A stretch of DNA of 63,203 bases, the filler included, from Reticulomyxa filosa (lineage: Eukaryota > Protista > Foraminifera): NCBI GenBank assembly GCA_000512085.1. It is 25 parts of 25 records of this genome, joined end to end, with 100 filler letters (N's around TTAATTAATTAA, not from the genome) between each part and the next. Parts side by side here need not be neighbours in the genome. Positions count along the whole stretch, not along the records: positions 52,660 to 57,509 come from ASPP01012832.1; positions 57,610 to 58,987 come from ASPP01026102.1; positions 59,088 to 60,563 come from ASPP01026278.1; positions 60,664 to 61,771 come from ASPP01026558.1; positions 61,872 to 63,203 come from ASPP01004835.1; 20 more parts are not named here. One strand, given 5' to 3'. Below, one piece after another: positions 52,741 through 63,203 of the stretch. Below the pieces are notes generated by a model. The model was not told the origin of the DNA. It did no database searches and saw only the letters and a list, made by a program, of their open reading frames with translations. The translations under genes and the position numbers were made by a program. The number at the start of each line of letters is the position of its first letter. Position 1 is the stretch's first letter.

Positions 52741-53857
52741 TTGGGTGGGATGCCACCAACTAAGACTTGTGTGGGTCGGTTCTATCGAGACATGTGTGCG
52801 GCGTATGTCCAAGAGGCGGAACAGATTGTGAGACTAATGATTTGGGAGGTGCACTGTTGGACGGAGGAGACGATAACGAACACGCCCGATCAGATCATCC
52901 CGTTTGTGCAACGCGTGGTGTTAGGACGTGGGGCGGAGTTGGAAGGGCACAAACTGATGTACAACCAACAACCTGAAAATGAAGATAGCGACAGTGAAGG
53001 CGGCAGAGCTAGCGACGGAGACGAAGAGAACGTGGAAGAAAAGAAAGAGCCCCAAGTCTCACCCGACGCTTTCTCGGAAGAACATCTCAACGAAACCGGA
53101 GAAAATGGCGCCATGGAAGAAGAAAATCCTGCCGACACTTTTGAGTATAAGCCTATTGGTCTCACGCTCGCTGTTATGTGCGTACATGTCATTTATGTTA
53201 TGTTTGGAGTCAGATGCTTTTTCTTTTCTTTACACTTTTTGTTTTGTTTTTGCTTTGTTGTTTCTCACTCTATCTCTCCTACGTCCTTCCAGTGGGAATC
53301 GGCCGACATGGTAGGCAATCCTTCGAATGCCGTAACGCAAAAAGGACAGCGTCTTGAAGAGCTGCGAATAGCCACTTGTCCAATGTATGGCGACGCAGGG
53401 TTCCCACCCAATCCTACCGAACAAGGCGTTGCGCAAATGTACGCTTCACTCGTCAATTCCGCCAAACGAGCCAAACAAGAGGAAGAATATCGTCTGCTGG
53501 CTACTGAACCATCACAACATATACGATCCGTCACTGTCTCTGTCGATAAAGTTACTATATATATATATATATATATACAATATGTATATACATATATATT
53601 TATATATATGTATATGCATAGATGTAATGTATACATATGTATATGTGTGTATCCTTGATATATACCATACTTTGCATGTGTATGTGAATACATATGATAT
53701 TGGTGTGTTTGAGTAGGCCGAACATCGAATGTGGATTTTGGTAGATGGAAGGCTTTATGGGTCATTTGCACGTATTCGCGTTGCGCCCATGGTAGATATG
53801 CAAACCAAAAAACAAATTTTTATGCCTATCAAAACTTTCTTTCCCATTTCGCTCTAA
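52741..53857 (+). CDS. PACS-1/2-like C-terminal region protein, 5' truncated; approx join(..53181,53293..53550,53717..53857)
   Basis: YVQEAEQIVRLMIWEV, IIPFVQRVVLG, LAVMCW and SQHIRSVTV..MWILVDGRLY..MPIKTF follow the PACS CTR motifs in order. Confidence 0.62.
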
Positions 53858-54383
53858 TTTCATGGATAAACACTACGTAAAAAAAAAATTTTAAAAAAAA
53901 TGGCTCCTAGTTCTCAGAGGAAAAAGCATCTTGTTGTGTGTCTAATTGTGAATTTTTTTCTCGTTCAAAATGCAAGATTTGTACAAGGGGGATTGTAAAT
54001 TTGATCTTCAAAGTTTACGAAATTTTCCTTTCTTCAAGCTTTCTTGAATCAAAAATGGGGGGAGGACATCCCTTGTTCACTCCATTTCTTAACTCTGGTC
54101 TTCTTTTGGCAGGTTTTTATGTGTTGATTTCTTTTATTCGTGGTTTCGTCCCCTTTTGTTAACATTACGTTTTAAACTCACGTTGGCATCCAGCAAATAA
54201 ATGGATATTGCCTACACGTGATATTAGGTATTGTAGTTTTGCTCTTAGTTGAACGTCTTAATGACCGCTCTTTTCACAGTGATATAATCGTTTTTTTAGT
54301 GTTTGCCCCCAATTCCAAAAAATGAATTTCGTTTAAATTTTCTTTTTTAAACGTTTCAGTTAGTAAAAGAAACAAGGATATAG

Positions 54384-54981
54384 ATGTTGGCAAATTGTCG
54401 TTTTGTTGCACGAAATACACTACGCTTTCGATGGCAAATGTGTAAACGCCAGTTTAACAAAACAGCAGAGCAAAAAGTAAATGATACTTCTTCTGTATCT
54501 ACAACCGTCTTCCGTACTGGCCCACTACTAGCAAAGAACAGCAAACAAGCAGGTTTGTTTTTTAAGTTTTTTGATCCCTTGATTAAAATACATATTATTT
54601 ATGAGAATCTTGAAACTTTAAGAAAATTCTGACACACTATATACAATCACGAATATAGAATTCAAAATTATGTTGCTTGGTGTTCTAAAATGCACTGGGG
54701 GATATTTTATTCCTGTTGCACTGTTGCAAAGCTGGACCAAATTGGATAGATATCCAATAGTCAATGATCCGATGATTTCGGAATACATTATTCGGCAATT
54801 TCGTGGATGGAGCGCTATTACCCTGACATCCGTCATGACATACAGTGTTGTTCACTCTCTTATCAGTGGGTGGACATTCACTGGTTTTATGTTCTCTTTA
54901 ATTTGGAATCAGGTGGATGTATTCAGAGAACTCAAAAAATTTTACGTTACACAAGACAGCAAACAGTTGCAGGCACAATAA
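54384..54981 (+). CDS. Hypothetical mitochondrial membrane protein; join(54384..54552,54659..54981)
   Basis: Arg-rich, acid-free N-terminus; an in-phase GT-AG intron; hydrophobic segments. Confidence 0.6.
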
Positions 54982-55554
54982 TCTTTTGTTCCTTTCTTTA
55001 TTCAAATTGCATTTTTTCATTATTTTCAAAAATATACATTGAGACAACTATTTCGTTTCTAGACATTTTTTGTAATTTTTTACCTAAAACAAGTGTAAAA
55101 TTTTTAATCAAATTTTTGCTCAATATCTCATACATGTACTGATGTATTTTTTTCCTGTTAACGATTGCTAGCAACATATTTTGAGATGTGTTGACTATCG
55201 CTTTGGCTGGCACAAAGTGTAATACAACAATATTGCTCTGAGCAACTTTTCAATAAGAACAGTAAATTAAATCAAGGAGAATGAAAATGGCAACAAACAA
55301 CAAACGAAGAAGAAACGAGAGAAAGTAAGAAGGTTGATAGAGAAGTTTTGGAAACAAGGGATTTCAAGATTCACGTGAACCTTGACAGCAAATAGTGGGA
55401 TGTTGTGGGTCTCGCGATAATATATGCGATGTGATACAAAGAACTACTTTCACATTATGTTTGAAAATTTTATCGCTTTTGTGTCAATTATTGAAAAAAA
55501 ATATAAAAATTTATTGTTGGAAGATAGCCAAACAAACCAAAATATAAAAATTAA

Positions 55555-56940
55555 TCACTTTGAATTATTAATTTTTTTGAAAAATTGGGTCCATTGTTGT
55601 TTGTTTGCATTTTGCAACATATGGAGTATCTGTTGGTCACGATTATCAATTTGGATGTTAAGTTTTGAAACGAGTCGATCCAATAAATAGGGCTGTCCTT
55701 TTGTAAATTCGAATAAAGCAAAAAGAATAGGAGAATAATAATCTAAATTCGGAACGTGTAAATTTTTTTGAATGAAGTGAAATAAATCTATAATATCAAA
55801 AGGTAAAAAAACGGATGGTGATGACGATTCATTATGTAAATGGCATAAATAGGGCTGTGCAACATATTGATAATATCTGTCATCATTATTATCATCAGAA
55901 GAAGACGAAATAATAAAGTCTTGCGGAAGACATGTTAAATGATCATAAATGGAACGAACAGAGGGATCCAATGCTGAGGATGGTGATGGTAATATTAATA
56001 TAACACACGCTTTCGAATAACAAACCAAGCATTTCAAAACATTTAACCAATCAAAGAACAATTTTGAGTTACCAAATTGCTTCAAGAAAGTAGAATTAAT
56101 ATCAATACAAAACACAGTACGAATTTTATCTTTAGCAAAAACAAAATGAGTAGCCAATGTAAATAATCTTAAATAGGCTTTCCAATTTAAATAGTCAATA
56201 GCACGTTTCCATTCAGGAAAAGGAAAATTCGAGATCAAAACATGTAATAAACTGTTATCCGTATTATCATTAGTATTTAAATCAACATAAACCATTGCCA
56301 TAGATAATTTTTTGCATTTCTCTTGTGCTTTAATTATTGATGATTTCAATAAGGTTGTTTTCCCACTGTTTTCATTCCCCACAAATATTTCAATTGTGGG
56401 CGATCTCAAACATGTGTGCATCAAATACAATGCAAATTGTTCTTCCAAATATTCACGTTCAATATTTTTTGCTTGTTTTTCATTCCAATCTTTCACCCAA
56501 TTTTGCCCAATCAAATTACCATATGCTGCATTTTTTATTCCAAAACTTAATGACTCAAAACATGCCACTTGTAAATCTTTATAGCCAAATGGTATTTCTT
56601 TTTCTAAACTCTTTACATTTCGATTTATTAATACATTTCTTTTTAATTCTTCCATTAACAATGCTATTTCGTCATTGTTGCTATTATCCTTTTTCTTATT
56701 GTTAGTGTTATTAATACTTTCCCTTTTTTCTTTTTTTTTTTCCATTTCTTCTTCCTCTCCACTCTTCATCATTTCTTTTGCTTTTCCCGCTGTCACAAGC
56801 GACAACGACAACGACAGTGATAATGACAGCGGCGAAATGTATTGTCTTCGTTCAGGAGATACCCATAAAGACCAATCGTTTCGCCATTTTTTCGACGGAA
56901 GAGACCACACACCTCTTTTAAACCAAGATTTCAGGAACAT
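55555..56940 (-). CDS. P-loop NTPase (STAND/ATPase_2- or tuzin-like) with probable mitochondrial presequence
   Basis: 461-aa ORF with IERE..EE, Walker A IFVGNENSGKTT, VYVDL, degenerate Walker B VFCID and a GxP motif FTKGQPYLL. Confidence 0.7.
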   Translation of the reverse strand: MFLKSWFKRGVWSLPSKKWRNDWSLWVSPERRQYISPLSLSLSLSLSLVTAGKAKEMMKSGEEEEMEKKKEKRESINNTNNKKKDNSNNDEIALLMEELKRNVLINRNVKSLEKEIPFGYKDLQVACFESLSFGIKNAAYGNLIGQNWVKDWNEKQAKNIEREYLEEQFALYLMHTCLRSPTIEIFVGNENSGKTTLLKSSIIKAQEKCKKLSMAMVYVDLNTNDNTDNSLLHVLISNFPFPEWKRAIDYLNWKAYLRLFTLATHFVFAKDKIRTVFCIDINSTFLKQFGNSKLFFDWLNVLKCLVCYSKACVILILPSPSSALDPSVRSIYDHLTCLPQDFIISSSSDDNNDDRYYQYVAQPYLCHLHNESSSPSVFLPFDIIDLFHFIQKNLHVPNLDYYSPILFALFEFTKGQPYLLDRLVSKLNIQIDNRDQQILHMLQNANKQQWTQFFKKINNSK

Positions 56941-59559
56941 TTTTTTGTTTTTTATTTTTTTGTGAATTTTCGAAATTCTTTCGTAAAAAGCACTTTCCTC
57001 TCACCCCTTACACTTTTTTTTTTTTTGCAAATCGAAATAAGAATGAGTTACAATGGTACTTGTGGCACATAACTTTCGATAAATGACAGTTTTGAAAATG
57101 TAATAAAGAGTCAATTTGGTGAGTTATCAAGAATGACTGCCTATGTCAAAATTGCCAATCGAAATAAGGCCAATTGGCGAGCAAACATCGAAAAAATAAC
57201 AACTAATACCAACATGAAAATCACCGAGCTTACACATTTCCTCTCATTTTTTTTTTTTTGCATTTTTTTTATTTCAAAGTGTTTGAAAGAACATTCTTAC
57301 TCTTTACTCACAAGCAACACTTTGGGCAAAAAGCACACAAGAAAAAAAAACTATAAATGAGAGTAAAGAGTAAATTGCACAAGAATATTCTCTTTTATTA
57401 ATATTGCAATGTATCTATACATAAAATGCAGTTTCCCTCGAACAAATTTGCCAGTCAAAAGGGAGAAGCAAAAAGAGAGAGAGAGAGAGAAAGACAGAAG
57501 ACAATAATGNNNNNNNNNNNNNNNNNNNNNNNNNNNNNNNNNNNNNNNNNNNNTTAATTAATTAANNNNNNNNNNNNNNNNNNNNNNNNNNNNNNNNNNN
57601 NNNNNNNNNCAAAAACTCAAAATGTAAACTTAATAAACGCTTTCTTTTCATGACTTATTTTAAAAATAGTTGCTATATTTGTTCATCAAAAATCCACTTG
57701 TTAACTCAAAAATAATAATACAAAAAAGTGACAAATACAAATGCAATAATACTTGTTTTAATGCATTTCAAAATATAAAACGACCTACAATTGGATAAAA
57801 TAATCATTAATGTTTTGAAATTATTTATGTCATAAATGATTCAAAGCTTAGGGCTTAGGATTTTTTTGTGAGGACCACATGACAAAAAAAAGTTGTTTCA
57901 TTTACTTTCATAAACAAGAGGGAGAAAATTGTTCATCTTTGCTATACTTCAAAGTTAGTACATTTCTTTTTTTGTAGAAGAAAACATGTTTGGAACGGTA
58001 AGGATGTGTGATAACAAATTGACGAACAACCAGAAAACACGTTCCAAAAATAAAGGTCAATACTATGAAAAAAATATTTTTTTTGTATCATTTTTTTCTG
58101 TTAATCAAGATATTTTGAAATATGTGATTCTACCCTGAAACTTTTCCTTTTTCGCTTTTACCAGAAAGTTTTCTTGTGTTGTGTTTTAAATTTATTTTCA
58201 TTGTAAGCTGCTTTACTTTTTATACAAAACTATGAAATTAAAATATGCAAAATATCTTTATCCTGTATTTGAGGATTCGGCGTCTTTTTAAAGTTTTGTA
58301 CCATTGTCAGAAAAAATAAAACAAATAAAACAATCACAAACTGATTTAAGAACATCACACACTCATTGCTCTCAGAGGACCATCTATGATCAATTTTAAG
58401 AATATCTTCCAACCACATTGGACATCGTCTGGGAAGTATTGTTCTTCCATATATTATCTTTCCAATTGAAAATGCCATTGAAGTGTTAGTGACCTAGTGT
58501 TTTTGTATTGTACTGTTTGTGATTGCTTTGTGGATGTTTTAAACTCAGACACATGCACGTTTATTCCACAAATTCGACATAGAATTTTTATTGGCTTCGA
58601 CATCGATTTTATTAAAAAAAATTAGCCAATTTATAATTGTTCCCCCTAGCAAGAAGAACAAACCTTAGAACCTCGTTTTTATACAAACAGTAAAAAATAC
58701 CAGAATTGGTTCATTATTCGTGCATTTTTTCACGGCTCGTGCACAAATAAATTATCCTATAACAACACATTTGCTAGTTTTGTTAAAAAAAAAAATAGAA
58801 TAACACAAGAACATACTTACAGAAATATCAACTAGTATACTCAAAACAAAAAACTAAACGTTAAAAAAAAGTTTTCTCCTTCGAACGAAGAACTTTTTTT
58901 TGTTCTAAATAACTTTCAATCGTTTCTATTCTGCAACATAATTTTAGAATTCCAAAAATTTATTAATTAAATTCAACTAAAAAAAAANNNNNNNNNNNNN
59001 NNNNNNNNNNNNNNNNNNNNNNNNNNNNNNNTTAATTAATTAANNNNNNNNNNNNNNNNNNNNNNNNNNNNNNNNNNNNNNNNNNNNTTTTTTTTTTATA
59101 TATAATTTGATTGAAATATGTACGATCAATACTCACGTATAAAACATAGGTCTACAAAGAACACAATATCTTTTTTATCGAGAAAATGGCTGTGGTGGTT
59201 GCGGTGCCGTAAGAACAGTAAAATGAAGTGCAAACAACGACAAATTGGTGACATTTTTAATTGCAAGTGTTTGATACTTGCCTTAAATTTTTTGTCTTTG
59301 TGTGCAAATTGTAGTTGTTTTGATTTTTCTTTTAATGGAAATTTTAATGTTCTCCTCCAGCTTATCTAATGTCTTGAACAAATTATAATTATCGTAAAAA
59401 AAATTTCTAACTTTAATATTTTAAATCTAAAAGCGAGGTCATAAGACTGTGTGAAATACTAATTGATTTTATCACTATTTCTGGCAAAAAAAGATCTCGA
59501 GTAGGAGTAGATGACAAGAAAGAAAAAGAAAAGAACTTGGATTGCAAGCGTTTTCATAA

Positions 59560-60540
59560 TTAATGTAAGAGAAAGTGTGTTCAACTTTTTTTTTCTTTCA
59601 AAGGTTTCACTGTGATGACAGTTGTTAAAGTCACAATTGAAAATGTTGATTAAGCAATGAAGGAAAAACATTAAAAGATTTAAGTCCTTGGCATTACTTT
59701 TGTATGTTGTGGCTCCTCCAGGTGTATGTGGACTATGTAAATTAAATACACTCCGGCATAAGACATGCCTTAAAAGTCCTTTTTCGTGCAAATGAAGATC
59801 TTGGTGCATTTGAATTCCAACACACACAATCGACTTCGATCGGATGAATATCGCACGTATGGGTTTCCGAAATTTCCAATCCAGTAAAAAATTTTTTGTG
59901 ATTGGGTGCAAGTCATGACACTACAACAATAGTGCCCATTATTTTTACTAAAAAAAAAGGAAATTAATAATATGGTCGAACCATCTTTAAAATAATATTT
60001 CCCTTTTTCTTTGGAAAAAACGAGATCATTCCAAAATTTTTCTAAATATCTGTTCTCCCTTTCATTTTTTGCCATAATGCTTTCCTCTAAAAATCAAATG
60101 AGAATTGGCTGTGCTTATTGTCCATCATTGATTTGGCAGTATCCAAACAAGTTGGTGCGGTGTTGTGATATGTAATTTCGAAAAACTGAAGTAACGGCAA
60201 TCCGCCGTTTTCGCAACATACTCTTTTTCAACAACAATCATCCAATACTGGAGATTGTCTGTCATGTCGTATATGTAAAATGTTTTGTGATGATTTAAAT
60301 AGTCCAAATTCTCCTTATCTATCGTTGCCTCACGAGCCATTCGTAAGTATTCCTGGACCTGACGTTTTTCTTTTTTCATAACATTGAGATTTGAGGGGCC
60401 ATGTGCATCTGGTTAGCCATTAATTCCAACGTAGCAGCATTCTGTTCCGACGATAAATAAATAGTAATTTTGGAGTCAAATGATACGTCACTCTCAAATG
60501 TCTTTTAGGGTTTTGAGTATCCAAACCATTTCTTTTTTTT
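59560..60540 (-). pseudogene. Fragmented coding-like region, family not recognised
   Basis: Successive minus-strand ORFs 60125-60379 and 59770-60075 with frame breaks. Confidence 0.3.
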
Positions 60541-60849
60541 CCAGAATTGTATAATCTATATTCNNNNNNNNNNNNNNNNNNNNNNNNNNNNNNNNNNNNN
60601 NNNNNNNTTAATTAATTAANNNNNNNNNNNNNNNNNNNNNNNNNNNNNNNNNNNNNNNNNNNNCAACAAATATTGATTAATTCCTCATTTTTAAAGTTAT
60701 TGACTTTTGACAATGTGATTGCAGCAATTGAATTGAACAAACAACATTAAAAACCAAAATATGAAATAAAAATGTGTTGCTTGTTATCTTTTCAAGTATT
60801 TTCTCTCCTTTTAAGTTAAAACAACAAATTTAATTAATTTTATAAATTA

Positions 60850-61200
60850 TATTATCATATCATTATCATAATCATTTTCGTAATGTTATTTGTTCTTCAT
60901 CATATGATAAAATCATTCTTTTTGGGATATACAAATATGGTGTTCAGTATGTGGATTTTTCACCATTATAAAGTAATTTGAATATAAATGGAAGTACCAG
61001 TATTGGTGTGGTTGGTGGTAATGGATATACTATTTGTTCTGGATCATCAGATGAGACTATTCGAATATTAGATATTGAAACATCCGAACAAATTGTTATA
61101 TTCAAATGGCATACATCTATAGTAACAATTAAAAAAATAGTAATGATAATCATTGTTGTAGTATTAATATGTGTTATGGTTCGCACAACGATTTGATTCA
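60850..61200 (+). pseudogene. WD40-repeat remnant
   Basis: IGVVGGNGYTICSGSSDETIRILDIETSEQIVIFKWH. Confidence 0.85.
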
Positions 61201-61431
61201 CATTTGTGATTAATATTATTCTTCAATAAAAAATATTTGAGCCAAATGTAATTCTCTCATTAAACATTCTGATTTATCATATGCTGTACATATTGCATTT
61301 TGTGATCTAATCGTTGATTTAGATGATAAATACAAAAAATTAATGTAAAAAAATTTAAATTAAACCCTGAAGCAAAAAAAAAATTTTTTTAATTTAATAA
61401 CACGTATTAAAAAGAATTTGCATCAATATCA

Positions 61432-61771
61432 TCACATTGTATATGACTTTATTTGTTTATAATGGTCTCCATAATTAAATTTTTCATCACTAGAGCATAA
61501 CATAATAGAATTACCATCTAATGAGATATCAATTGCTGTTATTGGACTAGAATGTCCTTTCAATGTCTGTATTTCCACTTCTAATTTGACATCCCATAAC
61601 TGAAGTATATTATCATTACCTAATCCAATTATAATAGTTTGTCCATCTGAGAAATATGTTACATTATTTATCTTACCAAAGTATCTATGAAATTTGTTCA
61701 ATTATTTTCCTGTCAATACATTATATATATATGAATAAGGCCATTTCCCAAATAAAATATGATATATAAAC
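61432..61771 (-). pseudogene. WD40-repeat remnant (C-terminal repeats)
   Basis: FSDGQTIII...LQLWDVKLEVEIQTLKGHSSPITAIDISLDG. Confidence 0.85.
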
Positions 61772-63203
61772 NNNNNNNNNNNNNNNNNNNNNNNNNNNNN
61801 NNNNNNNNNNNNNNNTTAATTAATTAANNNNNNNNNNNNNNNNNNNNNNNNNNNNNNNNNNNNNNNNNNNNGTAATCAAATAATAAATAACGCAGTGGAG
61901 TTGCAATGTGATGAACACGAAAACGTAGAACATGTGTATTTGATTGGAGAAGAATGTTTGCAAAAATATTTGAAACAAAAAAATAAAAAATGTCCAGTTT
62001 AACCACTGCAAATTTTCGAAAAACAAAGCAGTGAGACAATTTGTGTCTGATTTAGTGATCTTTTGTCTTCGATAATATGCTTTGAATAAACATTTATAAC
62101 CGAATGAAGGTGCAGCAAAATCTGGAGAAAAAGGGGAATGCGAAAAAGAATCATAAAGTTCAAGTCCCATTCAAAACGTAGTTGTAATTTCAAAGGAAAA
62201 ACAAAAAACTATTTGAACAAGTCATGCAAATTAATTTCCATTAAACAAGTCGTTTCATCCAAGATTCAAAGTCATTTGAATGTAAAATATAAATAAAGAT
62301 TTGCAATCGCAATTATTTATTATTGTTTGTTATGTTATTAACAAATAAAAAAAGGAAGAATTAAAAGGATGGTATTTGGAAAACAAACAATAAAATAAAG
62401 AGCTTGAGAGAATAGCAAAGAACAAAAAGACAAATTGAACAACTCAACGTATATATTTTTAATTTTCAAAAAATATTTGTGTCAATAACGCTGTATATGT
62501 ATATGTATACTGCATTTGTCTATTTGTTTGTAACATAAATCATGATTTTAAAAACTGAATTATCAAACAAAGAACACAAGCAAAACAATAAGGCAAAAGC
62601 TACATCACAATGAGATGATTCTTTACCAGAATATGAAGAGTAATGGTAATAAAATGTAGCAAAATGAAACTATTCGTCTTTTTTTTTTGTCCACAATTAT
62701 GGTCGCAGCTGTTCGATCTTATTTTGTTTCGTTTGTTCATTCAGTAAAATCAACTGATTTTTTCTTAGTACTATTGCCTTCATTTTTGCTCAATCAAATG
62801 TTATTTGTTTTTGTTTGAAGTAGAATCGTTTTGGTTTTTTAAATTGGAGGTTTTTTTAATTAGCAAAGGTAAATGCGCTTCACTTCGATTGAAACCAAGT
62901 TTTTGGAATGTAGATGTTCGTTTTCATATCATTTATTTTGAACAAATATCACTTTATCTTGTGATTAATTGATACCAAAAAACAATTTCTCACAAATTTT
63001 CATGCACATTGCATGGGGTAATCACATTCCATTTCTCTGATAAACCAAAAACATACTAAGATTGACGAAAACGTTGAGAATTCTTATGGTTTAATGAAAC
63101 TTTTGATATTGTAATAAAGAAATTATGCATGACCCATTTTATGGCACATTTTTAAAAAGAAAACATCTTTTTTTTGTTGACAACGGTTTTTTTTCCTTCC
63201 ATG

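Noticed and set aside
1886-61871. Regularly recurring palindromic TTAATTAATTAA as a biological repeat, array or excision signal
   Set aside because: It is always centred in N-runs of constant length and is a six-frame stop linker added when contigs were concatenated. ORFs containing X residues are artefacts.
1-63203. rRNA, tRNA, CRISPR arrays, prokaryotic operons, transposase or reverse transcriptase ORFs
   Set aside because: None recognised by eye; tRNAscan/Rfam/HMM scans were not run.

Overview
This is not a contiguous locus. It consists of 25 short AT-rich eukaryotic contigs joined by 24 artificial ~100-bp spacers (N-run, TTAATTAATTAA, N-run), so adjacency across spacers means nothing. 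The gene content and style suggest a foraminiferan such as Reticulomyxa filosa (inference, no search run): spliceosomal introns full of microsatellites, decayed WD40/Kelch/kinesin paralogues, an expanded TPR family and poly-N/Q tracts. Apparently functional genes include Rab7, an ICMT/PEMT-family methyltransferase, a BTB-BACK protein, a GH92 alpha-mannosidase, a TPR protein, a myotubularin, RPAP2/Rtr1, an SRSF2/SC35-like SR protein, a CRD-less Frizzled/Smoothened-like 7TM receptor, a PACS-like protein and a tuzin/STAND-like P-loop protein. AT-richer segments carry pseudogenes: 2 kinesins, 5 WD40, Kelch, a GSK3-like kinase, V-ATPase c and an ankyrin fragment, plus 2 CUE-family copies of uncertain status. 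The main points for follow-up are: (1) a dispersed TA|CAGT-terminated long-TIR element family with 5 pieces; (2) a candidate structured poison exon in the SR gene; (3) a micro-inversion and microhomology-type deletions between the kinesin copies; (4) A-rich rather than pyrimidine-rich 3' splice sites, plus GC donors; (5) frameshifts that all need +1 base in otherwise intact genes, probably an assembly artefact. All family calls come from motif recognition by eye.
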